The notes under the pieces were generated by a model. It ran no database searches and was not told the DNA's origin. It worked only from the letters and a program-made list of their open reading frames with translations. This document shows positions 1 to 8,042 of a stretch of 10,126 nucleotides of DNA, piece after piece. The stretch is from Eubacteriales Family XIII. Incertae Sedis bacterium (GTDB taxonomy: Bacteria > Bacillota > Clostridia > Peptostreptococcales > Anaerovoracaceae): positions 1-10,126 of the forward strand of contig JAITTH010000014.1 in the NCBI GenBank assembly GCA_031287295.1, written 5' to 3'. Position 1 is the first letter of the stretch. The number at the start of each line of letters is the position of its first letter. Both the position numbers and the translations under genes were made by a program.

Positions 1-285
1 ATTGTCGTGAATCAAAATCATACTTCTATTTATGAAATTTCGAATAGCGTCGGTTTGCCGATTCAGACGGTGAAGGCGGATTTGCAGAAGATGATTTCAC
101 TCGGCTATTTTACAAATGCGTACATTCACGAGGGCACCGGCGAGTTTGTCATATCGCATCCGGAGACGCAGGGTCAGACGCAGGGTCAACAGATCATGGC
201 AAAAACTTGCAATCGCTGCGGTGCAAACAACATGGTCGTTGTGGGCACACCGGGCATCTGCGAGTATTGCAAGTCCCCGCTATGA
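1..285 (+). CDS. 3' part of a gene (5' end upstream of window) encoding a winged-helix-like domain followed by a C-terminal Zn-ribbon (two CxxC pairs); family not recognised
   Basis: Frame 1 is open from nt 1 (att gtc gtg ...), so the ORF-track start at 7 is just an internal GTG. Stop TGA at 283-285. The tail ...KTCNRCGANNMVVVGTPGICEYCKSPL is CxxC-(14)-CxxC. The overlapping +2 ORF 116..343 is Arg-rich junk. Confidence 0.5.
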   Translation: MVVNQNHTSIYEISNSVGLPIQTVKADLQKMISLGYFTNAYIHEGTGEFVISHPETQGQTQGQQIMAKTCNRCGANNMVVVGTPGICEYCKSPL

Positions 286-290
286 CAGGC

Positions 291-306
291 GCCCCGATGA
301 AGGGGC
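291..306 (+). terminator. Weak stem-loop (GCCCC-gatgaa-GGGGC) just after the stop of the first CDS; no T-tract
   Basis: Read directly: gccccgatgaaggggc. It is followed by agattgtt rather than a U-run, so at best a weak terminator or pause hairpin. Confidence 0.15.
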
Positions 307-436
307 AGATTGTTACATGAGGCTTATGGTATCATTAAGGTAGAGAAGATTGCTCGAACCGCCTAAAACGGCTCTATAGCAGCCCATACTTTGAGATACC
401 TTAAGGGAAAATTTGGTAACGGAAACAGAGGGAAAT

Positions 437-970
437 ATGATTTACAAAAGCAACGAAACAGAACATCGTGCAGCGATGCATACGGCGGAACTGATGGCAG
501 CTGCGGCACGTACCGCACCGAAAGCCTGTGGCGTAGACATAACAGACACCCTGGTTCTCGATGGTAGCGACAAAGACAAATTGACCGCCGAGATGCGCAA
601 GCTGGGGCAACGTCCCGACAACGCGTTTTTCCTTCGCGATGCCGATAATGTAGATGCCTGTCACTGCATCGTCCTTGTTGGCACAGCGTTAGATCCCCGC
701 GGATTAGACTGCGCACTTTGTGGCGTCAAAGATTGTTTGACTGCACAAAAGCAAGGCATCGCATGTTCTATGGCCTCGCATGATTTGGGAATTGCCATAG
801 GTTCGGCGGCAGCAACCGCCATGGATCACCGCATTGATAATCGGGTGCTGTTTACAGCAGGCATGGCGGCGCTAAGGCTAGGATTTTTCCCGGAAGAAAT
901 AAAGATGTGCTTCGGAATTGGATTGGCGACATCCGGAAAGAATATTTTCTTTGATCGACCAATCGTGTGA
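437..970 (+). CDS. Cys-rich DUF2148-type / ferredoxin-domain-like uncharacterised protein (~177 aa)
   Basis: MIYKSNETEHRAAMHTAELMAAAARTAPKACGVD...ACHCIVLVGT...CALCGVKDCLTAQKQGIAC...GIAIGSAAATAMDHRIDNRVLFTAG... matches my memory of the DUF2148 family (MIY.SE...AARTAPK..G...DHRIDNRV). ATG 437 is preceded by AGAGGGAAAT, a short 4-nt spacer. An in-frame TTG at 413 with a similar AAGGGAAAAT box is the alternative start. The antisense ORFs 363..716, 401..664 and 826..1257 are rejected. Confidence 0.6.
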   Translation: MIYKSNETEHRAAMHTAELMAAAARTAPKACGVDITDTLVLDGSDKDKLTAEMRKLGQRPDNAFFLRDADNVDACHCIVLVGTALDPRGLDCALCGVKDCLTAQKQGIACSMASHDLGIAIGSAAATAMDHRIDNRVLFTAGMAALRLGFFPEEIKMCFGIGLATSGKNIFFDRPIV

Positions 971-985
971 TTCATGAAACGAAAG

Positions 986-1013
986 TTTAGAACCATGACA
1001 TACATGGTACAAT
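986..1013 (+). promoter_or_regulatory. Candidate sigma-A promoter for the EIIC-EAL gene: TTTAGA-N16-TGgTACAAT (extended -10)
   Basis: tttaga(986-991)...TGgTACAAT(1005-1013); a second TACAAT overlaps at 1013-1018. The RBS GGAGG at 1040-1044 sits 6 nt before ATG 1051. Confidence 0.4.
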
Positions 1014-1050
1014 ACAATGATACATTTGTATTGATTCGTGGAGGAATAGT

Positions 1051-3171
1051 ATGTCGGGCAGGTTTGGGAAGATTGCGTCGGTAGTCTCCGAAAACGTAAT
1101 CATCCGATCGATTAACAGAGGACTTATTAATATCATCCCCTTTGTTCTGATTGGCGCGTTCATTGTTGCAATATTGAACTTGCCGATTCCTTCCTATCAG
1201 GATGCGATTGCCAAGATTCTGGGAACGGACTGGCGCACAGTGAGTCTTATGATTCATTTTGGAACGCTTAATGTCATCGGACTCATTGCCCTTTTTTCGG
1301 TTAGCTTCTCCCTTTCAATGGAAGAAAAAATGGTGAAGGATGGGGAGATCAGCCCTCTTGTTATTGTCCTTACGTCGTTTGCTTCTTACACCATCGTTAT
1401 GGCGAGGAGTATGGAAGGGCTGACGTTCCATTATCCGGGCGCCAACGGGTTGTTTGCGGCGATATTCATCGCGGTGATCTCGGTAAAGTGTTTCTCGTTC
1501 TTTAATGTGATTCGAAGGAAGTTTCGAATTTCACAACGATCTGTATTTGATCATCATTTGACCCTCCGGTCGGCATTCAAGGCGATTTTTCCGGTCTTTG
1601 CCACTTTGTTTTTGTTTGCGGTTTTCCGCGTTTTTATAGGAGAATATTTCTCAAATGAGAACTTTGTTGCTTTCTTCGGCAACTTCGTAAATAGGTATTT
1701 ATCCGATGACGGATTTTTCTCGATGGTGATTATCATCCTGATGACGGAGTTCTTCTGGTTTATTGGCATACACGGTGGGGATGTTATTATGGACGGCATC
1801 TCATCAATCGCAAACGGAACCGCAGATGGCGGTGTGGTCTTGACCAAGGAATTTTTCGATACGTTCATCTACCTTGGAGGCTCCGGTGCGACGCTTGGAA
1901 TGCTGCTTGCGCTTTTCTTTGTCAAAACAAGGCACAAAGGAAGGCGGCTTGCAAAGGTATCGCTCTTTCCTGCCATATTCAACATTAACGAGACACTGAT
2001 TTATGGCGTGCCGATTATCTTCAATCCCCTCTTCTTTATTCCTTTCGTGTGTTCTCCGATTGTTCTCGGTGCGATTGCCTTTGTCAGCACACATCTTGGC
2101 ATTCTTCCTGTTGTCGATACCGCCGGGCAATGGACGACACCCATTTTTCTCTCAGGCTACCTCGCGACGGGATCCTATAACGCCATCTTCATTCAGGCGA
2201 TTGGGCTTGCTGTCAGCACCTTCATTTACATCCCTTTCATCAAACTTGCCGGGCGGTCTGAACAGATAAAGAATCAGAACGATTTCGTCGAACTGCAAAA
2301 AGCTGCGATATCCGCAGCGGAAAATGAATACATTTCACTCATTGCACGCAAAGATCATATCGGCGAACTTGCCCGCGATTTCGCTACGGAATTACGGGAG
2401 CAATTTACATCAAAGCGAATTCCTTTTCGCATGGTTTTTCAACCGAAGACAGACGATGCCGGTAGAGTAAAAGGCGCAGAAGCACTTCTTCGCTGGAACC
2501 ATCCGGACTACGGCAATGTTTCACCGGTTATGATTGTCGAAATGTGTGATGAGGCGGAGCTCTCTATTGAACTCGGTCGGTGGGTGCTTGAAAAATCGAT
2601 TCAGGGATTCGCCGCGTTCAGAAGAGCGGGCGTTGATGATATCTCGATTTCAATCAATCTGAATCCACAGCACATTCATGCGGATCCGGGCTTCCCGGAC
2701 TTTGTTGCAAAGGTTCTTTCGAAGTACCGCGTGCCACCGGATCTTGTCGAACTCGAAATAACAGAGCATGCCGTCGTGAATTCCGGAGAAAGTACAAAAG
2801 AAATATTCCGGCGCCTTCGTGACATCGGCGTTTCGCTTTCTATAGACGATCTTGGGATGGGTTATAGTTCGTTGACCTACATTAGCGACTTTGGTGCCAA
2901 GACAGTGAAGATCGACACTTCGCTCATACGCGGAATCGAAAATGATGTCAACAGGCAGGAGATCGTTCGTTCCATTCTCCGTCTTCAGCAACGCATCGAT
3001 ATCGAAATCATCGTTGAGGGCGTTGAGACACGGGCGGAACTTGAGGTTTTGTCTCAGCTCGGCACGAAGTATTACCAAGGCTATTATTTCAGCAAACCTC
3101 TTCCGCCAAGAGAATTTTTGGCGTACCATGCAGAACACGGAAGCGTAAAGCAGTCCAGCCCCACAGTCTAA
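1051..3171 (+). CDS. Membrane c-di-GMP phosphodiesterase: N-terminal PTS EIIC (lactose/cellobiose-type) permease-like domain fused to a C-terminal EAL domain; no GGDEF domain
   Basis: N-terminal ~400 aa is polytopic. It carries motifs I recall from PTS EIIC type 3: FFWFIGIHGG and NETLIYGVPIIFNPLFFIPF (cf. W-F-x-G-I-H-G and NEP-x-I-FG-x-P-x-NP...IPF). The C-terminal domain has every canonical EAL motif: FQPK, AEALLRW, ISINLN, ELEITEH, DDLGMGYSSL, KIDTSL, EGVET, QGYYFSKP. GGAGG RBS at 1040-1044. Confidence 0.85.
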   Translation: MSGRFGKIASVVSENVIIRSINRGLINIIPFVLIGAFIVAILNLPIPSYQDAIAKILGTDWRTVSLMIHFGTLNVIGLIALFSVSFSLSMEEKMVKDGEISPLVIVLTSFASYTIVMARSMEGLTFHYPGANGLFAAIFIAVISVKCFSFFNVIRRKFRISQRSVFDHHLTLRSAFKAIFPVFATLFLFAVFRVFIGEYFSNENFVAFFGNFVNRYLSDDGFFSMVIIILMTEFFWFIGIHGGDVIMDGISSIANGTADGGVVLTKEFFDTFIYLGGSGATLGMLLALFFVKTRHKGRRLAKVSLFPAIFNINETLIYGVPIIFNPLFFIPFVCSPIVLGAIAFVSTHLGILPVVDTAGQWTTPIFLSGYLATGSYNAIFIQAIGLAVSTFIYIPFIKLAGRSEQIKNQNDFVELQKAAISAAENEYISLIARKDHIGELARDFATELREQFTSKRIPFRMVFQPKTDDAGRVKGAEALLRWNHPDYGNVSPVMIVEMCDEAELSIELGRWVLEKSIQGFAAFRRAGVDDISISINLNPQHIHADPGFPDFVAKVLSKYRVPPDLVELEITEHAVVNSGESTKEIFRRLRDIGVSLSIDDLGMGYSSLTYISDFGAKTVKIDTSLIRGIENDVNRQEIVRSILRLQQRIDIEIIVEGVETRAELEVLSQLGTKYYQGYYFSKPLPPREFLAYHAEHGSVKQSSPTV

Positions 3172-3242
3172 AAATCCGGAAAATGAGCAGCATTACGGTT
3201 CCTTTGTATTGCAAGTTTTCGACGGTTTGATAAACTATACTT

Positions 3243-3256
3243 AGCCTCATGAGGCT
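3243..3256. repeat. Perfect 14-nt palindrome AGCCTCATGAGGCT in the 5' leader of the flotillin gene; an operator or RNA hairpin candidate
   Basis: Read directly; its reverse complement is identical. It lies downstream of a weak candidate promoter (TTGCAA 3209-3214 ... TGaTAAACT 3228-3237) and 50 nt upstream of ATG 3309. Confidence 0.5.
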
Positions 3257-3308
3257 TATTCATCCAACGACACAATCGAGAGACTGCTCTTCGAAAGGAA
3301 ATCAAGCC

Positions 3309-5645
3309 ATGGATACTGTCATAAACACCGTCAGTCTAATTATCCTCATTCCAATTGTTATTGTCATACTTGCCGTTGCGTTCGTTATCTTTAAATTGCG
3401 TTACAAAATTGCGAAGTCAAATCAGGCCCTCGTTATTTCCGGCGGAAAGAAAACGAAAAAAGCACAGCAGGGACCCACCGTATTGGTCTCGGGTGGCGCA
3501 TTCATTTCACCGTTCAAAAGACATGAATTCTTCCCCTTGGCGGTCATGACGGTATCGTCGGATGACAAAAAGACGCAGACAAAAACCGTCGTGCCTGTCG
3601 TCGTCAAGTGGACGGCACAGTTAAAGCCGGATATAGAAACAGAAGGTTCGCTGGCGAAAGCGGTAATGGGCTTTATTGGAAAAAGCGACAAAGAAATTGC
3701 AGATTCCCTGCAACAAACATTGGAAGGCGAAGTGAGAGCCGTAATCGCCACGCTTACGCCGGAAGAGGTTATTGAAGGAAGAGATAAATTTAAGTCCGAC
3801 GTGGAGGCGAACGTCCAAGAAAGAATGGCAGAGCTTGGCTTTAAGCTGATTTCACTGAACATTACAGAGGTCGGAGACGATCAAGGGCATTACGACAATT
3901 TGGCAGCGAAAGACCGTGAAGAAAGACGTCGCGAAGCAGAGAACCTGCGTGCAAAAGAACAACAATCCATTGACGAAACAGCAGCTGCGACCAGTCGGGC
4001 CTCCGAAGAGGCGCGCATTGCCAAAGACCTGGCAATTGCAGAGAAAGATCGGGATCTTAAACTGAAAAAGTCGGAGTACCAAGCGGAGACGGACAAGGCG
4101 GGACAAGACGCGCTCTACGCAGGAAGGATTCGCGAACAGGAGAGAGCCAAAGAACTGGCGAACAGCGAAGGTGCGGTTATGGTTGAGCGAGAAAGGCAAA
4201 ACCAGGCGGCTGCCGAAGCCCGTCGCAATGTGGAAACAACCATGGCGGAAACCGCAAAACAAAAGGCAAAAATCGATGCCGAATCTGCGGCGCAAAAGGC
4301 GGAGATTGATGCAAAGGCACGTGTGATCATCGCCGAACAGGATGCCGAGGCGAAAGCGAAGGCCGCCGAGAGAGAAGCCGGAGGTCAAGCCGAAGCCGAC
4401 AAACGTCGCGCAGAAGGTAAGGCAACTGCTCGCAAAACAGAAGCCGAGGCGGAAGCCGAATTCATCAAAAAGACGCGATTCGCCAATGCAGATGGTATTG
4501 CGGCGGAAGGTCGTGCAGAGGCAGAAGCCATTCGTGAAAAGGGTCTTGCCGAGGCAGAAGCCGAAAGAGCAAAGGCAGAAGCGCTCGCTGCGAATGAAGC
4601 CGTTAATCTGCAAGTTACCTTGGCGGAGATCGAGAGCAAAACGCGCATCCAGGTTTCGACTGCCATTGCCACGGCAGTTGCGGAAGTTGGAACAAACGCT
4701 ACCATCATCGATATGGGAGGCAGTGGTCATCGTGAAGAAGGGAATTTGCTGACCAATTTTTTAGGAAGCCTTCCCGAGACATTGGCGAAAATGGATGTTA
4801 AATCGGCGGCACTGAATGGTGCATCCGCCTCAGAAGTCATCAACGCCCTTTCGGCAGCGCTTCAGAACAAAGAGGCGATAGGAGGTTCCGAACTCGGAAC
4901 CATTGCGAAAAAAGTCATACATCATGAAACACCTGAGGGGCAAATGTCCACGACGATAACCGTAACGCCGGTTGCTGAAATCTCGGAAGATGCAGAGGAT
5001 GTCGTTTCTCCACCTGAGGAAAAGATTTCGGAGAATACGAATACGGATTCCGAAGACGCGAAAGAGGAACCCGTTGTCACGGCAGTTGAAGAAAAACCGG
5101 AACCGGAAGACGTAAACACCGAAAGCAAACAAGCCGACGAGGGTGCGTGGACCTTGCCGTTTGATGGGTCTAAGAAAGCGGTCCATGACACGCCTGTTGT
5201 GGAGGAAGTCGTCGAGGCTGTGGTTGCGGAGGAAGTCGTCGAGGCAGTGGCTGCGGAAGAAGTTGTCGAGGCTGTGGCCACGGAAGAAGTCGTCGAAGCC
5301 GAAACAATCGAGGCTCCCGAAGACAATCCCATTCTGGTTGCAGAGGCGAAGGGTGCCGTTGCCGATATCGTTCAAGCGCAGAAGCTTGGTGCTGCGGAAA
5401 CTGAAGAAATTGCCAAGATTTACACCATCGCCAAGGATTCAGGGCTCGACGACAAAGAAGCGCTCGATTTGGTCGCGAAAGGCGTAGGTGCAGTCAAGAC
5501 GATGCACAAATCCGGCGAACGTGTCGATCCAAAAGCCGTCGCCAAGGTTATGCTCGATTTGGATGCCAGTGGCAATGTCGGAACAGATGAAATTATTGAT
5601 TTACTAGCAAACTTCGGGAAAAAGGCGGCAGCAAAGAAACGCTAG
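3309..5645 (+). CDS. floT: Flotillin (SPFH/band-7 family, FloT/YuaG-like) with a long C-terminal extension (acidic tandem-repeat tract plus a ~100-aa helical two-repeat module); 778 aa from ATG 3309
   Basis: The N-terminus parallels B. subtilis FloT from memory: TM helix, then ...KLRYKIAKSNQALVISGG... and VLVSGGAFISPF (cf. ITKYRTAGPDEALIVTG and IVRGGGTFVLPVFQ). It is followed by the SPFH core and an EA-rich coiled-coil (AEAEAKAKAAEREA...). ATG 3309 has AAAGGAA 9 nt upstream. ATG 3249, the ORF-track start, has no RBS and sits inside the palindrome. The minus-strand ORFs 3422-5375 are shadows of the repetitive GC-rich coding sequence. Confidence 0.85.
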   Translation: MDTVINTVSLIILIPIVIVILAVAFVIFKLRYKIAKSNQALVISGGKKTKKAQQGPTVLVSGGAFISPFKRHEFFPLAVMTVSSDDKKTQTKTVVPVVVKWTAQLKPDIETEGSLAKAVMGFIGKSDKEIADSLQQTLEGEVRAVIATLTPEEVIEGRDKFKSDVEANVQERMAELGFKLISLNITEVGDDQGHYDNLAAKDREERRREAENLRAKEQQSIDETAAATSRASEEARIAKDLAIAEKDRDLKLKKSEYQAETDKAGQDALYAGRIREQERAKELANSEGAVMVERERQNQAAAEARRNVETTMAETAKQKAKIDAESAAQKAEIDAKARVIIAEQDAEAKAKAAEREAGGQAEADKRRAEGKATARKTEAEAEAEFIKKTRFANADGIAAEGRAEAEAIREKGLAEAEAERAKAEALAANEAVNLQVTLAEIESKTRIQVSTAIATAVAEVGTNATIIDMGGSGHREEGNLLTNFLGSLPETLAKMDVKSAALNGASASEVINALSAALQNKEAIGGSELGTIAKKVIHHETPEGQMSTTITVTPVAEISEDAEDVVSPPEEKISENTNTDSEDAKEEPVVTAVEEKPEPEDVNTESKQADEGAWTLPFDGSKKAVHDTPVVEEVVEAVVAEEVVEAVAAEEVVEAVATEEVVEAETIEAPEDNPILVAEAKGAVADIVQAQKLGAAETEEIAKIYTIAKDSGLDDKEALDLVAKGVGAVKTMHKSGERVDPKAVAKVMLDLDASGNVGTDEIIDLLANFGKKAAAKKR
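5203..5307 (+). repeat. In-frame 27-bp tandem repeat (~3.9 copies) encoding (EEVVEAVxA)n inside the flotillin C-terminal extension
   Basis: Units: gaggaagtcgtcgaggctgtggttgcg / gaggaagtcgtcgaggcagtggctgcg / gaagaagttgtcgaggctgtggccacg / gaagaagtcgtcgaagccgaaaca. Read directly. Confidence 0.9.
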
Positions 5646-5680
5646 TCATATGAGACTAAGAAAGCAGAGGGGAAATTTGA

Positions 5681-6397
5681 ATGCTTAGAATTGAACACCT
5701 AATCAAGACGTATAGCGGAAAACCTGCGGTGGACGATTTGTCCCTGCACATCGCGAAGGGCGAAATATGTGGATTTATCGGGCACAACGGTGCGGGGAAA
5801 ACAACAACCATTAAGTCAGTCTGCGGGATTCTGGGTTTCGACAGTGGTGAAATTTATGTTGGTGGCAAGTCTATCAAAACAGAACCGCTCGAATGTAAAC
5901 GGCACATGGCGTATATTCCGGACAATCCGGATTTGTACGATTTTTTATCCGGTATAAAGTATCTGAACTTCGTTGCCGATGTGTATGGAATTGATGCGAC
6001 ACAGCGTCAGGAGCGGATTCATTCTTATGCGGATATGTTCGAATTAACGGCAAACCTTGCCCAATCCATCGCAACATACTCGCACGGCATGAAGCAAAAG
6101 CTTGCACTCATTTCTGCGTTCATTCACGATCCGGAATTTATCATCCTCGATGAACCTTTTGTCGGGTTGGATCCAAAGGCAGCACGTATTGTCAAAGATC
6201 TCATGCGTGAAAAGTGCAATGCGGGAGGCGCCGTATTTTTCTCGACGCATGTTCTGGAAGTCGCGGAAAAACTGTGCGACAAGGTTGCCATCATCAAAAG
6301 CGGCAAGTTGGTTGCCTACGGCGATATGGACGTGGTGCGCGGAGATTCCTCTCTTGAAGATGTATTCTTTGAACTGGAGGCAGATGAAAATGATTAA
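5681..6397 (+). CDS. ABC transporter ATP-binding protein (ABC-2 type exporter ATPase)
   Basis: Walker A GHNGAGKTT, signature-like YSHGMKQKLAL, Walker B IILDEPF, H-loop FSTHV. RBS GAGGGG 8 nt before ATG 5681. Only 35 nt after the flotillin stop with no terminator, so it is co-transcribed. Confidence 0.9.
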   Translation: MLRIEHLIKTYSGKPAVDDLSLHIAKGEICGFIGHNGAGKTTTIKSVCGILGFDSGEIYVGGKSIKTEPLECKRHMAYIPDNPDLYDFLSGIKYLNFVADVYGIDATQRQERIHSYADMFELTANLAQSIATYSHGMKQKLALISAFIHDPEFIILDEPFVGLDPKAARIVKDLMREKCNAGGAVFFSTHVLEVAEKLCDKVAIIKSGKLVAYGDMDVVRGDSSLEDVFFELEADEND

Positions 6398-7991
6398 GAC
6401 TCTGTTTTTCATCAATTTAAGAGCCTTGGGTTCGAATTTCATGAAAGGTAGCGGGAATAAGAAAACCGGTGGCGGGAAGATTTTTCTTTTGGTACTGCTT
6501 GTCCTTTATATCGCTGCCGTGTTTGTCGGAATGCTTGCAATGTTCTTCCATTCCCTTTTGGAGCCATTCTTTACCTTTGGAATCGGATGGCTGTATTTTG
6601 CCCTTCTTGGACTTATCGCGTTTGGCATATCTGTCGTTGGTACGATTTTCACCGCATCGGCGCAGATTTTTGCGGCGAAAGACAATGAACTTTTGCTTTC
6701 CATGCCGATAAAGCCATCGGCCATTCTCATGAGTCGCCTGCTTGTGCTTCTCTCCTTTGAGTACGCGCTTACGACAGTCGTTATGCTGCCAGCCTTTGTC
6801 TTGTGGCTTTTTGGAGGGTATGCGACTGCAGCAGGAATCATATTTTTTATCATGGGCGTCTTGCTATTGCCACTTATGGCGATGGCTGCGGCACTGTTGT
6901 TGGCATGGATATTAGGCACGGTTTCATCGCGTTTGCGGCACAAAAACATCATTACGCTTGTTCTTGCTGTTGGCTTCATGCTGGCGTACTTTTACATCAT
7001 GACCAACATTCAAGGCTATTTAGGAGAATTGGTAACAAAAGGTGCCGAGCTTGCGGAAGCATTCCGACGGGCAATTCCACCCCTATACGCCTTTGGGCAA
7101 AGCGTCGCAGAAGGAAGCGCGGGAAGTGCGATGCTCTTTATCCTATGGGCAGTATTGCCGTTTGCCATGGCAGTAGTGCTCGTTTCCAGGAATTACAGAA
7201 AGATACTCATCACGAATCGGGGTGGTGTAAAGACCGTATACAAAGAGAAAGCCGTAAAAGCAAGCGGTGCACTCCCTGCGCTGATTCGAAAAGAATTGGT
7301 GCATTTTTGGAGCAAACCGTTTATCATCCTCAACAGCTCAATCGGTTCGTTGTTCATGCTTATCTTTGCCGTTATGGTTCTCGTAAAGAAAGAGGCAATT
7401 CTTTCGATTATTGTAGACGTAGCACCTATGTTTGGAAATCTATCGCCGATTCCTCTGATGGCGGTTTCTCTTGCAATTTTGGGTGTTTTTAACATCCTCA
7501 GTGCTTCCTTAATCTCGCTTGAGGGGAAAAGTCTATGGATTGCAAAAAGCATTCCCGTACCGATTCGCACAATCATTACATCCAAGGTGTGTACGCATCT
7601 TATCGTCTCCGGTCTTCCTTGCCTTGTCGCCTCGATCTGCGCGATCATTGCTTTTGCGGACGGCGTGACAGACTGCCTTATCATTCTACTGCCTCCGCAG
7701 GTGGCAAGCGCACTCATGGCCGTATGTGGTGTCGCCGTTAACCTGAATCATCCGAAGCTGGAATGGACAAATGAAATATACGCGGTGAAGCAAGGGGCAT
7801 CTGCCATGATTACCATGTTTGGCGCGATGGGGCTGGTTGTCGGATTGAGTCTTGTCTATGCGATTTTGCTGCAAAGCATCGTTACCCTGACGGTGTTTTT
7901 ATGGATTTGCACGGCGGTGTTTGCTGTGGCGATTGTCTTCATCTACTCGGGACTCATGAAATCCGGGGTTCGGAAGTTTCAGGAACTATAG
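6390..7991 (+). CDS. Polytopic membrane permease partner of the ABC ATPase (ABC_export-like putative exporter, ~534 aa)
   Basis: The start overlaps the ATPase stop (gaggcagATGaaaATGattaag; GGAGG at 6376-6380), which indicates translational coupling. ATG 6390, or 6384. The ORF-track start at 6102 is an artefactual upstream extension in a frame overlapping the ATPase. The protein is MKMIKTLFFINLRALGSNFMKGSGNKKTGGGKIF... followed by 10 or more hydrophobic helices. Confidence 0.8.
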   Translation: MIKTLFFINLRALGSNFMKGSGNKKTGGGKIFLLVLLVLYIAAVFVGMLAMFFHSLLEPFFTFGIGWLYFALLGLIAFGISVVGTIFTASAQIFAAKDNELLLSMPIKPSAILMSRLLVLLSFEYALTTVVMLPAFVLWLFGGYATAAGIIFFIMGVLLLPLMAMAAALLLAWILGTVSSRLRHKNIITLVLAVGFMLAYFYIMTNIQGYLGELVTKGAELAEAFRRAIPPLYAFGQSVAEGSAGSAMLFILWAVLPFAMAVVLVSRNYRKILITNRGGVKTVYKEKAVKASGALPALIRKELVHFWSKPFIILNSSIGSLFMLIFAVMVLVKKEAILSIIVDVAPMFGNLSPIPLMAVSLAILGVFNILSASLISLEGKSLWIAKSIPVPIRTIITSKVCTHLIVSGLPCLVASICAIIAFADGVTDCLIILLPPQVASALMAVCGVAVNLNHPKLEWTNEIYAVKQGASAMITMFGAMGLVVGLSLVYAILLQSIVTLTVFLWICTAVFAVAIVFIYSGLMKSGVRKFQEL

Positions 7992-7998
7992 CCTGGGG

Positions 7999-8038
7999 GA
8001 CAAAAGAATAAGCCGTTGTATTTCAAAGCCCTGCTCCG
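7999..8038. repeat. Left arm of long-range inverted repeat: core A gacaaaagaataagccgttg (7999-8018) and core B caaagccctgctccg (8024-8038)
   Basis: The exact reverse complements occur at 8993-9012 (A') and 8919-8933 (B'). The region lies in the 51-nt convergent gap between the permease stop (7991) and the hicB stop (8043). Confidence 0.85.
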
Positions 8039-8042
8039 CGAA

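Noticed and set aside
316-327. 12-mer catgaggcttat shared with 3248-3259, and 9-mer catgaggct also at 9533
   Set aside because: About three chance 12-mer matches are expected in a 10-kb window on either strand. This is not significant, unlike the 20-nt inverted repeat.
116-343. 75-aa Arg-rich +2 frame ORF overlapping the first CDS
   Set aside because: It is an out-of-frame shadow of the upstream gene with an implausible poly-Arg composition.
286-436. Checked the 150-nt leader before the DUF2148/EIIC-EAL genes for a c-di-GMP (GEMM) riboswitch-like structure
   Set aside because: No paired GNRA-tetraloop/receptor hairpins or conserved GEMM core recognisable. Only a short GC hairpin at 291-306.
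3422-5375. Several long minus-strand ORFs (up to 292 aa, e.g. 3852..4730, 4385..4708, 4830..5375, 4922..5332) antisense to the flotillin gene
   Set aside because: They are mirror images of the GC-rich, repetitive Ala/Glu/Lys coding of the flotillin coiled-coil and acidic repeats. They give Ser/Thr/Cys/Phe-rich low-complexity products and have no RBS. The plus-strand flotillin has strong family support.
6102-6389. N-terminal 96 codons of the ORF-track permease ORF (6102..7991)
   Set aside because: This is an open-frame extension overlapping the ABC ATPase gene in another frame. A coupled start ATGaaaATG with a GGAGG RBS lies at 6384/6390.
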